Source: Desulfarculia bacterium
GTDB lineage: Bacteria; Desulfobacterota; Desulfarculia; Adiutricales; JAGVGV01
Assembly (NCBI GenBank): GCA_963662445.1
Contig: OY759590.1
Location: 3,520,249 to 3,584,248 of the forward strand
Length of the DNA stretch: 64,000 bases
Reading direction: 5' to 3'
Below, piece by piece: positions 17,097 through 25,625 of this stretch. The notes beneath the pieces are model-generated. The model had not been told where the DNA came from. It was given only the letters and a program-made list of their open reading frames with translations, and did not search any database. The stretch's first letter is position 1. Every line of letters starts with the position of its first letter. Made by a program: the position numbers and the translations under genes.

Positions 17097-18827
17097 TTAC
17101 TTGGCGTTGAGATGGGCGTACTTGGGCAGGTAGCGGACGGGCATTTTGAGCGCGTCGCGCCGGAAGGGCTCGGCCAGAACTTCCTCGCCGCCCTGGATGA
17201 TGGCGTTGATGACGCAAGGCCTGTTGGAGGCGATGGCGTCCTTGACCACATCCTGAACGTCGCGGTAGTCTTCCACGCGGTAACCCTTGGCGCCCATGTC
17301 CTCGGCCAGCTTGGCGTAGTCGGGATTGCTGAGCAGGTTTGCACCGACGAAGCGGTTGTCGTAGTAGTCGATCTGGTTCTTCTTCTCAGCGCCCCACTCG
17401 TAGTTGCAGGCAACCACGGCGATGACCGGGATGTTCTCGCGAACAGCGGTCATGACTTCGGCGATGCCGCTGATGCCGTAAGCGCCGTCACCCTGGAAGG
17501 CGAAGACGGGGGCATCGGGATTGCCCAGCTTGGCGCCCATGGCCGCGCCGTAAGCGAAGCCGCAGTTGCCCCAGCTCAGAGCCGAGATGTGCTGGCGGGC
17601 GCCCGCGAACTTGAAGTAAGCGTTGCACATGGACGAGTTGTTGCCGATGTCCGTGGCCATAATCGAATTGTCGGGCATGGCCAGGCTCAGCTCGCGCAGG
17701 AAGCGGCGGGGATGCATCAGCTTGTTGGTGGAGGTGCTCCACTGCTCAAGCTCGTCGCCCCAGGTCTTCTTCTCTTTCGCCACGTCGGCCATACGGTCTT
17801 TGTTCACTTCCATGGAGGGCTTCAGGGCCTTGATGGCCTTGAACAGCTCGACGGAGAACTCTTTCACGTCGGCCATGGCCACAACGTCGGCACGCTTGGC
17901 CAAGCCAAGGACCTTACCGTTGCTGTCGCACTGGATCAGTTTCGCCTGGGCCGGCCAGTAGGTCATGTCGTACTGGGGCAGGGTCCCGAAAGGTCCAAGG
18001 CGGGAGCCCAGGGCCAGAACAACGTCGGCCTTGGCGATGGTGCGCATGGCCGCCTTGGAACCGCAGTAGCCGATCGGGCCGCAACCCAGCGGATGGCTCT
18101 GCGGGAAGGTGTCGTTGTGCAGGTAGCTGTTGCAGACAGGAGCGGTCAGGTATTCGGCCAGAGCCTTCACTTCGGCCAGAGCCTCGGCCTGGGAAACGCC
18201 GCCGCCGGACAGAATCACGGGGTACTTGGCGTTGACCAGCAACTTGGCCGCTTCTTCGATGGACTTACGCGGACCGGCGCCCATGGTCACCACGGGGGTC
18301 TCGTAAATCTCGTCCTCGCAGACACCGTAGAAGTAGTCGCGGGGAATGTTCAACTGGGTCGGACCGTTTTCCAGTTTGGCCATGTAGAAAGCACGACGGG
18401 CCAACTCGGCCATACGCTCGGGACGGTTCACGCGCACCTGGTACACAGTCTGCTTCTCGAACATGGGCATCTGGTCCAATTCCTGGAAACCGCCCGTGCC
18501 GATACCCATGGTGCCCGTCTCAGGGGTGAGAGCCACCACCGGGGAATGAGCCCAGTAAGCCGCAACCATAGCCGAAACAAAGTTCGCAGCGCCGGGGCCG
18601 TTCTGAGCTATACAGCACTGGGGCTTGCCGGTCACACGGGCCAGACCGTCGGCCGCGTGGCAAGCAGCCTGCTCGTGGGCCACGGGAATGAAACGAATGC
18701 CCGCATCCGGGAACAGATCCAGAGCGTCCATGTAAGCCGAACCAACGATACCGAAGACGTTCTTTACGCCCTCGGCTACCATCGTTTCGACCAGAGCCTC
18801 GCTAGGGGTCATCTTCTGTTTAGCCAT
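17097..18827 (-). CDS. xsc: ThDP-dependent sulfoacetaldehyde acetyltransferase (Xsc)-like enzyme
   Basis: 576 aa from ATG 18827, with AAGGAG 7 nt upstream. Xsc-type motifs as I recall them: 'DLFPDAGIRF', 'AQNGPGAANFVSAMVAAYWAHSP', 'GGFQELDQMPMFE', 'LNIPRDY'. ThDP motif 'GDGAYG...NYEWG'. Confidence 0.75.
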   Translation of the reverse strand: MAKQKMTPSEALVETMVAEGVKNVFGIVGSAYMDALDLFPDAGIRFIPVAHEQAACHAADGLARVTGKPQCCIAQNGPGAANFVSAMVAAYWAHSPVVALTPETGTMGIGTGGFQELDQMPMFEKQTVYQVRVNRPERMAELARRAFYMAKLENGPTQLNIPRDYFYGVCEDEIYETPVVTMGAGPRKSIEEAAKLLVNAKYPVILSGGGVSQAEALAEVKALAEYLTAPVCNSYLHNDTFPQSHPLGCGPIGYCGSKAAMRTIAKADVVLALGSRLGPFGTLPQYDMTYWPAQAKLIQCDSNGKVLGLAKRADVVAMADVKEFSVELFKAIKALKPSMEVNKDRMADVAKEKKTWGDELEQWSTSTNKLMHPRRFLRELSLAMPDNSIMATDIGNNSSMCNAYFKFAGARQHISALSWGNCGFAYGAAMGAKLGNPDAPVFAFQGDGAYGISGIAEVMTAVRENIPVIAVVACNYEWGAEKKNQIDYYDNRFVGANLLSNPDYAKLAEDMGAKGYRVEDYRDVQDVVKDAIASNRPCVINAIIQGGEEVLAEPFRRDALKMPVRYLPKYAHLNAK

Positions 18828-18963
18828 TTTGTAACTCCTTCCATCTGACTTCGCGCCCCCGAAGGGGTGTGTTTTTGATTTTCCGGAAACAATTTCCCCT
18901 TGTCGGGAAATCACAGCTTTTGTTCGAGGCCGCCAGCGGAAGGCCGGCGGCCTTAATTTATGA

Positions 18964-20295
18964 TTAGACCACGCCCTGGTCGAGCATGGCGTTGACTACT
19001 TTGATGAAGCCGGCGCAGTTGGCGCCTCTCATGTAGTTTCCGGGATCGCCAGCCTGTTCGGCCGCGTCCAGACAGGTCTTGTGAATGCCCTTCATGATCT
19101 GCAGCAGGCGGGCGTCAACTTCATCTCTCGTCCAGTTGAAACGCATGCTGTTCTGAGACATTTCCAGACCGGAAACCGACACGCCGCCAGCGTTGGCCGC
19201 CTTGCCGGGAGCATACATAATCCCATGCTCCAGGAAGGTGTCGATGGCTTCGGGGGTACAAGGCATGTTTGCCGCTTCGCAGACGCAGATACAGCCGTTG
19301 TCCACCAGAGCCTTGGCAGACTTGCCATCAAGCTCGTTCTCCATGGCCGTCGGGATGGCGATGTCGCACTTGACTTCCCAAGGCCGCTTGCCCGGAATCC
19401 ACTCGCAACCGAACTTGTCCGCGTATTCCTTGGCGGACTTGCGGTAGACGGTCCACAGGGTGGACAGGTACTCAAGCTTCTCGCCCTTGATGCCATCCGG
19501 GTCGTACACGCAGCCATACTCGTCGCCGATGGTGACAACCTTGCCGCCCAGCTCGTTGGCCTTTTCCACGACAAAGGTTCCGACGTTGCCGTAGCCGGAA
19601 ATGGCAATGGTCTTGCCTTCCAGGGTTATGCCCTTGGTGGCCAGCATTTCGGCCAGAAAATAGACCACGCCGTAGCCGGTGGCCTCGGGACGGACCAGAC
19701 TGCCGCCCCAGTTCAGACCCTTGCCCGTCAGAACGCCCGTAAACTCATTACGGATTTTCTTGTACTGACCGAACATGAAGCCGATTTCCCGAGCGCCGAC
19801 ACCAAGGTCGCCAGCAGGAACGTCGGTGTTGGGACCGATGTACTTGCAGAGTTCGGTCATGAAAGCCTGGCAGAAACGCATGACTTCCCTGTCCGACTTG
19901 CCCTTGGGATCGAAATCGGAACCGCCTTTACCGCCGCCCATGGGCAGGGTGGTCAGGGCGTTCTTGAAGGTCTGCTCGAAACCCAGAAACTTCAGGGTGC
20001 TCAAAGTGACCGAGGGATGGAAGCGAATCCCGCCCTTGTAAGGTCCTATTGCGCTGTTGAACTGCACACGGTAAGCGCGGTTAACCCGCACCTCGCCCTG
20101 GTCGTCTACCCAAGGCACCCTGAAAGTGATGGTTCTTTCAGGTTCAACTAGTCTCTCCAGAATTCTTGATTGCCGGTAAATGGGATTCCGGTCCAGAATA
20201 GGCTGAACCGAACCGAGAACTTCACCGACAGCCTGCTGGAATTCCTTCTCATGAGGATCCCGCGCCTTTACGATGTCCATAATGTCCAAGGACAT
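18964..20295 (-). CDS. gdhA: Glutamate dehydrogenase
   Basis: 443 aa. Hallmark motifs 'GPYKGGIRFHP' and 'LPMGGGKGGSDFDPKGKS'. Confidence 0.95.
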   Translation of the reverse strand: MSLDIMDIVKARDPHEKEFQQAVGEVLGSVQPILDRNPIYRQSRILERLVEPERTITFRVPWVDDQGEVRVNRAYRVQFNSAIGPYKGGIRFHPSVTLSTLKFLGFEQTFKNALTTLPMGGGKGGSDFDPKGKSDREVMRFCQAFMTELCKYIGPNTDVPAGDLGVGAREIGFMFGQYKKIRNEFTGVLTGKGLNWGGSLVRPEATGYGVVYFLAEMLATKGITLEGKTIAISGYGNVGTFVVEKANELGGKVVTIGDEYGCVYDPDGIKGEKLEYLSTLWTVYRKSAKEYADKFGCEWIPGKRPWEVKCDIAIPTAMENELDGKSAKALVDNGCICVCEAANMPCTPEAIDTFLEHGIMYAPGKAANAGGVSVSGLEMSQNSMRFNWTRDEVDARLLQIMKGIHKTCLDAAEQAGDPGNYMRGANCAGFIKVVNAMLDQGVV

Positions 20296-20391
20296 AATTA
20301 CTTCTCCTTAGAGAACTGTTTTGTATTTACCCGCTTATATCCGGCCCGGTCTCAAAGTACCGGACCATACCCACCAGGTCCTTACTTCCTG

Positions 20392-23385
20392 TCACTCGCC
20401 TTTTGACCGCAACCACCCGTTCGCGGCTGTAATCGCTCCAAGAGACTTCCGCCCATCGACTTTCAGATTGAATGGTTTTTCCAGGGCCACATGGGCCACA
20501 TGACGGGTTTCCTCGGCCAAAGGCAATGAGGTCAGCCAATCCCAGTCCAGAATGTCTTCACCATTTTCAGTCACCGTAAAATAATTGATCCCCAACGTGG
20601 TGACATTGTGGAAAAAATGCGAACCCTGGGACGGCTCGACTTTTGCTTCCGGCATGGCGGCCTCCACCACGGCTCCAACTCCGTGTATATCCGCCCACTT
20701 TACCGGTATTCCCAACCAACGGTCGGCCGACCCCCACCTGCCGGGACCAATCAGCAGATAGGGTCGATCAGCTTCAAACAATTTCGCGTTCAACAAACTT
20801 ATTTCCCTGGCGATATCAACTGTACGGCTCTTGTCGAAAACATCGGGCTTTACGTAAATAATATCGAGCATATCGTCTCGGGAAGTATTGCCAAGAGCGC
20901 TGTGAGAAACGCAGAAGGACTGCTTCAATTCTTCGTCAGATATATAGACCTCAATCAACTCAGCCCTGGCGCTCATCGGCCTGAGTTGAAGAAATGCAAA
21001 TTCCGGAATCTGGTCGGCTTGCTGAGGCATATGCACCGAAAACTCCAGTTCCACCGGACAGGCCATTCCGTCCTGGGCTGTCCGCAGAACGTCCTGAAGT
21101 ATTTCCGCCAGCGGAAAGCTCTTGTATTTCAGCACTTGGGCAAAAGTGACGATCTTATGCCCCGGCACGAAGCCGTCGTCACGGATACGCTTTTCCGCGG
21201 GAATATAGGTGCTGGTCAGGAGTCTGACCGGATGTTCGTCCAGAGCGTCCACTACCTGCCTTTTTTCCAGCGTACAATCCTCGCTGAAGCTGACCAGGCG
21301 GCACTCCTGACTCATGTTTAGGGCGTAAAAAGACTGCTGTGAATTCTTCAGCATATCTTCCACCACGGAAAACTGGGGCAGCAATTGCGGATATTTGGGC
21401 GAAAAACGAAGGGTTTGCTCACCTTCCATGACCATGCGTCCCAGGCCCAGAGCAATGGTGGCTATGCCCTCTTCAGGCTTCATGCGGTCAAAAGGATAGT
21501 AATTGTGAGACTGCGCCACGCCGGATATGGCCGGATAAAAGGAATCGCCGAACCGTTCCCCGATCAACTGCTGGACTATGACGGCCATCTTCTCGTCTTC
21601 GGTCCGCAAGCCGACCCGTTTCCCGAAGGCCTTGGGGCTACGGAAATAGGTAGAAGCGTAAACCAGCTTAATGGCCGTGACCAGATCGTCCAGGCGCTCA
21701 TCCAGGCTGGACGAGTTGTTGGGAATCATATAAGTGCTGTACAGTCCGGCATAGGCTCTGAACTTCGCGTCTTCCAGCAACCCTGAAGAACGGATGGCCA
21801 GGGGATAGTTTACCTGTTCAAGGTAAGCCCTGAGATTGTCCCTGACCCAGATGGGAAAGTCGGCCTTCAGAAAAACATCGGCTATTTCTTCGTCCGACAA
21901 ATCCACTTTGGCGAAAGACCGCAGATCGTTGGCGTCGATGAAGGAGTTGAAAGCCTCTGTTGTCAGCACCAGGGTCTTGGGAACAATAATGTTGACCGAA
22001 GCAAATTTCTTATGCAGTTCGGGGTTACGCTGCAACAGAGTAGCCACAAAAGCCAGCCCTCTGGCTTTCCCTCCCAGTGAACCCTGACCTATCTTGAGAA
22101 AATCGGTTTCCGGATCGAATTCCCTTGCGTCAAAATCGGCCACGACCCCCTTCTGACGCCATTTGCGGCGGGCTTTCAGATTTCCGATGAGGAAATCCCT
22201 CATGCTGTCCACCTGCCCGGAAAAATCGGCGTCGCTCAAGGGCCGCATGATGGAAGCCAGCAGCGTCTCGGTTCTGGCGAAGAGCCACCGGGAAAAATCG
22301 TTCCGGCTCCAATGATAATAGAAAGATTCGTTGGGGATGCCGGGCAGTATCTGTTCCAGCGCCCGGACATTGGACACGCGGGCCACTTCGCTGCCGTTGG
22401 GGAGGCGGAAAACAAAATCTCCGAACCCGAGATGATTGATAAAAAAGGCCTTTATCTCGGTCAGCAGTGAAGGAGAATTCTTGTCGCTGAACAGGGCCGG
22501 GATAGCGTCCGCCTTTTCACGATTGGCCGGCTCGGAGCTGGTCAGAAGGATCGGCAGGTCCGGAACTTCGCGCTTGGCCTTGGTCAGAAACTCAACACCG
22601 GCGTTCTCGTCCAGTTCGCCTCCGTGGGGAAAGCGGACGTCGGAGATTATGCCCAGCAGATAGGGTTTATATCTTTCGAACAGCTCAAGGGCCTGCTCGT
22701 AATTCTCAGCCACCAGTATCTTGGGGCGGGCCCGCATGGTCAGGAGACGGTGCTCTTCATTGAGCCCCTCTTCCATAAGGGCCTGGGTCTGAGTGACCAC
22801 TTGACGATAAAGTATGGGCAATATGGCCGAACGGTAAAGGGGGGAGTCCTCAATAAGCAGAATGACCCTGACACCGGATGTTTCAGTATCATGAGTCACG
22901 TTCATTGCGTCTTCCGTACTTTTGACAATGGCCAGAAGGAGTTCGGAATCGCCGGACCAGACAAAAACACGATCAATGCCCGCATCCTGAGCCATTCGCA
23001 GACTGAAATCAGGCGGCAGGGCGTTATGCCCGAGCAGTATGACCGGAAGGTCGGGCTTTCTTTTCTTTATCTCCCGGCCAAAGGCAAAGGCATCCATGTC
23101 GGCAAGGTGCAACATGGTTATAACCATGTCAAATTTCTGCTTGTCCAAAGTTTCCAGGGCTTCCTCGGCGGAAGACACCCAGGTCAGGCGAGGGGGCTGG
23201 CTGAGGTTAAGGCCTCGATATTCGTTTATTATCCTCTCGGCAAGCCGACAGTCCTCTTCCAGGATGCAGGCGTCGTACAGGCTGGACACCAAAAGAATTT
23301 CCCTGACCTTGCGCGCCATCAGTTCATGAAAGTTCTTGAAATGAGGCCCGAAATCATCGGGAAAATTTTGTATCTCCAGAGCCAA
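20392..23385 (-). CDS. Pseudo-receiver + receiver + PEP/pyruvate-binding (PPDK_N, ATP-grasp) domain protein
   Basis: 997 aa. REC-like domain 1 has 'LLVSS' and 'VITM' where the acidic pair and the phospho-Asp are expected. Domain 2 keeps 'LLIED' and 'IISDVRFP'. The central region 'GQGSLGGKARGLAF' resembles the PpsA/PPDK N-terminal nucleotide-binding domain. I saw no phospho-His swivel motif (TSHAA). Confidence 0.8.
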   Translation of the reverse strand: MALEIQNFPDDFGPHFKNFHELMARKVREILLVSSLYDACILEEDCRLAERIINEYRGLNLSQPPRLTWVSSAEEALETLDKQKFDMVITMLHLADMDAFAFGREIKKRKPDLPVILLGHNALPPDFSLRMAQDAGIDRVFVWSGDSELLLAIVKSTEDAMNVTHDTETSGVRVILLIEDSPLYRSAILPILYRQVVTQTQALMEEGLNEEHRLLTMRARPKILVAENYEQALELFERYKPYLLGIISDVRFPHGGELDENAGVEFLTKAKREVPDLPILLTSSEPANREKADAIPALFSDKNSPSLLTEIKAFFINHLGFGDFVFRLPNGSEVARVSNVRALEQILPGIPNESFYYHWSRNDFSRWLFARTETLLASIMRPLSDADFSGQVDSMRDFLIGNLKARRKWRQKGVVADFDAREFDPETDFLKIGQGSLGGKARGLAFVATLLQRNPELHKKFASVNIIVPKTLVLTTEAFNSFIDANDLRSFAKVDLSDEEIADVFLKADFPIWVRDNLRAYLEQVNYPLAIRSSGLLEDAKFRAYAGLYSTYMIPNNSSSLDERLDDLVTAIKLVYASTYFRSPKAFGKRVGLRTEDEKMAVIVQQLIGERFGDSFYPAISGVAQSHNYYPFDRMKPEEGIATIALGLGRMVMEGEQTLRFSPKYPQLLPQFSVVEDMLKNSQQSFYALNMSQECRLVSFSEDCTLEKRQVVDALDEHPVRLLTSTYIPAEKRIRDDGFVPGHKIVTFAQVLKYKSFPLAEILQDVLRTAQDGMACPVELEFSVHMPQQADQIPEFAFLQLRPMSARAELIEVYISDEELKQSFCVSHSALGNTSRDDMLDIIYVKPDVFDKSRTVDIAREISLLNAKLFEADRPYLLIGPGRWGSADRWLGIPVKWADIHGVGAVVEAAMPEAKVEPSQGSHFFHNVTTLGINYFTVTENGEDILDWDWLTSLPLAEETRHVAHVALEKPFNLKVDGRKSLGAITAANGWLRSKGE

Positions 23386-23558
23386 GCTACCCCATCCTAC
23401 TCATGGAAGCTGAAGCAGTTGTATCCGCCGCGGCGTACAGCCCCGTGCGCCCGAGTGCAGCGGACCGAACACTCACAACTCCCCGTTGCAGTTGAATGTT
23501 GGCTAAAGATAAAATAAGCCGATATTGTGTGACCGTCCCGGAATATCCCGCCATAGTT

Positions 23559-23574
23559 TGCAAGGCCTCTGCCA
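23559..23574 (-). promoter_or_regulatory. Candidate sigma-54 (-24/-12) promoter upstream of the receiver-PPDK_N gene
   Basis: The minus strand reads TGGCAG-AGGCC-TTGCA, against the consensus TGGCAC-N5-TTGCW. It lies about 175 nt upstream of ATG 23385. Confidence 0.45.
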
Positions 23575-23717
23575 ATCTCCTTTGGCGTTTTAGGAATCCG
23601 TAACCCACAATATAACTGGTTCGCCCTGTCCCGACCGGCCTGGGCCGGACCGATCTGACCCTATTCACAAGCATGCGGCCTCTGCCTTTTCCCGTGGAAA
23701 ACGCCGGCTCACGATGT

Positions 23718-23748
23718 CTGATACATCAGATTTCAGTGTCGGTGTCAA
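23718..23748 (-). promoter_or_regulatory. Candidate sigma-70 promoter
   Basis: The minus strand reads TTGACA, 19 nt, TATCAG. It contains the same ATGTATCAGA 10-mer as 11789..11817. Confidence 0.3.
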
Positions 23749-24301
23749 GTAAAAAAATCCCCCCTCCGGGGTCTCGATTAATTATCTAATTAATTAAGGA
23801 TGTTTCGTCTGGCCTGTTCTGAAGAGTTTTCCAGGGTCGCCGAGGCCAAACACAGTAATTCGTCTTTTTTGCTTCCAGGAGTAAACCTCCATTACGTCCG
23901 GTCATTTCCATTGACCGCCAATTTACCAGGACGAATCGACAATCTAACGTTCCGTGTCTGTTACCTTGTTTCCCTGCGAAGTCCGGATAGGGGCAACGGC
24001 TGGCTCAATTGGAACAAGAACGCTTTTTCTAATTATATCCCATTCGGGAAAAATCGCTTTTTTTTTCGCACCTGATTAGGAATCTGCAAAAAATGCGGGT
24101 ATGGCTTCCCTGGCCTTGGGCTTCCCGGACCTTGGGGACCGAAACTGTAACTAAGCGCGGCATTGTCTGCGCACTGATTTAAGTCCCGGGCAAGTTGCCA
24201 TCCCTTAACATGGGACCATTTGAATATATTGCACTTCCGGTATTATGACGGCGCGGCAACCTGGCGGTTATGGGCGAATCAACCTGAGGCCTGCCGCGAT
24301 A

Positions 24302-24330
24302 TTGTCCTTGACAAACACTTGGTATACAAT
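24302..24330 (+). promoter_or_regulatory. Candidate sigma-70 promoter of the thiamine transporter operon
   Basis: TTGTCC, 17 nt, TACAAT, about 25 nt upstream of the riboswitch. Confidence 0.45.
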
Positions 24331-24351
24331 TAGTTAGATAGTGAAAATTGA

Positions 24352-24466
24352 ATAGCAGGCCTGTCGGGAGCTCGGAGTAACCGGGCTGAGAGGGACTCTT
24401 TACCATGTAGCGAGTCCGACCGTTGAACCTGATCCGGATAATGCCGGTGGAGGAAACCTGAGGCAT
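24352..24466 (+). promoter_or_regulatory. TPP (THI-box) riboswitch
   Basis: Contains the conserved THI-box elements GGGAGC...CTGAGA...ACC.TTGAACCTGATCCGGATAATGCCGGTGGAGGAA. It lies directly upstream of a thiamine-binding-protein gene and is followed by an intrinsic terminator. The boundaries are approximate. Confidence 0.9.
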
Positions 24467-24472
24467 CACATA

Positions 24473-24505
24473 AGCCGTCCTCTATTGGGCGGCTTTTTTT
24501 GTTTT
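24473..24505 (+). terminator. Riboswitch expression-platform terminator
   Basis: AGCCGTCC-TCTATT-GGGCGGCT stem followed by TTTTTTGTTTT. Confidence 0.8.
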
Positions 24506-24569
24506 CGCGGGAATGAATAAAAGCAGGCGTGGCGCTCCGCTGTTCCGGCGGAACGCCCGGGAGGTAACC

Positions 24570-25625
24570 ATGAAAGGACGTTTGTTTCTGATTTTGCTTT
24601 TGATGACCGGAATCATGGCCTGGGGCCAGGTCTCGCCCCTGGCCGCGGACGAGAACACGGTCACCCTGATGACTCACGACAGCTTCAACGTCAGCAAGGA
24701 AGTCATGGCCGGTTTTGAGTCCAGAACGGGAATAAAGGTTCAGTTTCTGAAAGCCGGGGACTCCGGCGCGGCCCTGAACCAGGCCATTCTCTCCAAAAAC
24801 AATCCCATGGCCGACGTTTTCTTCGGGGTTGACAATACCTTCATGAGCCGCGCCCTGAAGGCCGGTATTTTCGAACCTTACGCCTCCCCTCTTCTGGCCG
24901 AGATTCCGGATTCGCTGAAACTGGACACCCAGAACCGGCTTCTGCCCGTCGATTTCGGCGATGTCTGCCTCAACTACGATAAGAAATGGTTCGCGGACAA
25001 GGGGTTGACTCCTCCGTCCAGCCTGGAAGACCTGCTCAAACCCGAATACAAGGGCCTGACAGTGGTGGAGAATCCGGCTACTTCTTCTCCCGGACTGGCT
25101 TTCCTGCTGGCCACTATCGGACGTTTCGGGGAAAGCGGCTATCTCGATTACTGGAAGAAGCTCAGGGCCAACGACGTGCTGGTTTCCGACGGCTGGGAAG
25201 ACGCCTACTGGGGACAGTTCAGCGTGGGCTCCAAGGGCAAGGGCAGCCGCCCCATTGTGGTCAGCTACGCCAGCAGCCCGCCGGTGGAAGTCGTCTTTGC
25301 CGAAACACCCCTCGATGATTCTCCCACCGCGCCGGTAGTAACCAACAGCAGTTGTTTCCGCCAGATCGAATTCGTGGGCATCATCAAGGGAACGAAAAAA
25401 ACCGAACAGGCCCGCAAGCTGGTGGATTTTCTCCTCGGCCGTGAATTCCAGGAGGACGTGCCTTTGCAGATGTATGTCTTCCCGGCCAACAAAACGGCCA
25501 AACTGCCCGAGGTTTTTGTCAAGTATTCCAGCGTGGCCGAACAGACATCCGAGGTTTCCTCCGAGGACATCGCGGCCAAGCGCGAACAATGGATAGAAGC
25601 CTGGACGGAAGCAGTCTTAAGGTGA
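24570..25625 (+). CDS. thiB: Thiamine ABC transporter substrate-binding protein
   Basis: GGGAGG before ATG 24570. Signal peptide 'MKGRLFLILLLMTGIMAWG'. TbpA-like 'VTLMTHDSFNVS...ADVFFGVDN'. It is under the TPP riboswitch. Confidence 0.85.
   Translation: MKGRLFLILLLMTGIMAWGQVSPLAADENTVTLMTHDSFNVSKEVMAGFESRTGIKVQFLKAGDSGAALNQAILSKNNPMADVFFGVDNTFMSRALKAGIFEPYASPLLAEIPDSLKLDTQNRLLPVDFGDVCLNYDKKWFADKGLTPPSSLEDLLKPEYKGLTVVENPATSSPGLAFLLATIGRFGESGYLDYWKKLRANDVLVSDGWEDAYWGQFSVGSKGKGSRPIVVSYASSPPVEVVFAETPLDDSPTAPVVTNSSCFRQIEFVGIIKGTKKTEQARKLVDFLLGREFQEDVPLQMYVFPANKTAKLPEVFVKYSSVAEQTSEVSSEDIAAKREQWIEAWTEAVLR

Noticed and set aside
17112-18848. A 578-aa ORF on the plus strand, antisense to the xsc-like gene. 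Similar long antisense ORFs occur at 43077..45242 (721 aa, opposite the MCP), 59392..61422 (676 aa, opposite hsdR), 24330..25589 (419 aa, opposite thiB), 45793..46818 (opposite EamA), 15733..16812, 19081..20151 and 22624..23517.
   Set aside because: Their translations are low-complexity and Gly/Arg/Pro/His-rich, with no recognisable motifs. Each fully overlaps a gene with clear family signatures on the other strand. This is the typical stop-codon-poor antisense frame of G+C-rich DNA.
20330-20375. The hairpin GGTCCGGT-ACTTTGAG-ACCGGGCC between the receiver-PPDK_N stop and gdhA, considered as a terminator.
   Set aside because: There is no U-tract on the transcribed strand and the spacer is only 96 nt. 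This is insufficient to call a terminator, and read-through into gdhA remains possible.
23978-23986. GAAGTCCGG, reminiscent of the RNase P RNA 'GAAAGTCCGG' core.
   Set aside because: The surrounding sequence is AT-rich and lacks the other conserved RNase P helices and motifs. I judge it a chance match.
23800-24075. A 91-aa ORF in the AT-richer intergenic region between the receiver-PPDK_N gene and the thiamine operon.
   Set aside because: It has no RBS, no recognisable motif and an unusual composition. The region more likely holds promoter or regulatory DNA. I cannot support a gene here.
24104-24135. An imperfect tandem duplication, GCTTCCCTGGCCTTGG / GCTTCCCGGACCTTGG.
   Set aside because: There are only two copies with three mismatches and no spacer structure. 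It is too little for a CRISPR or other repeat array call.
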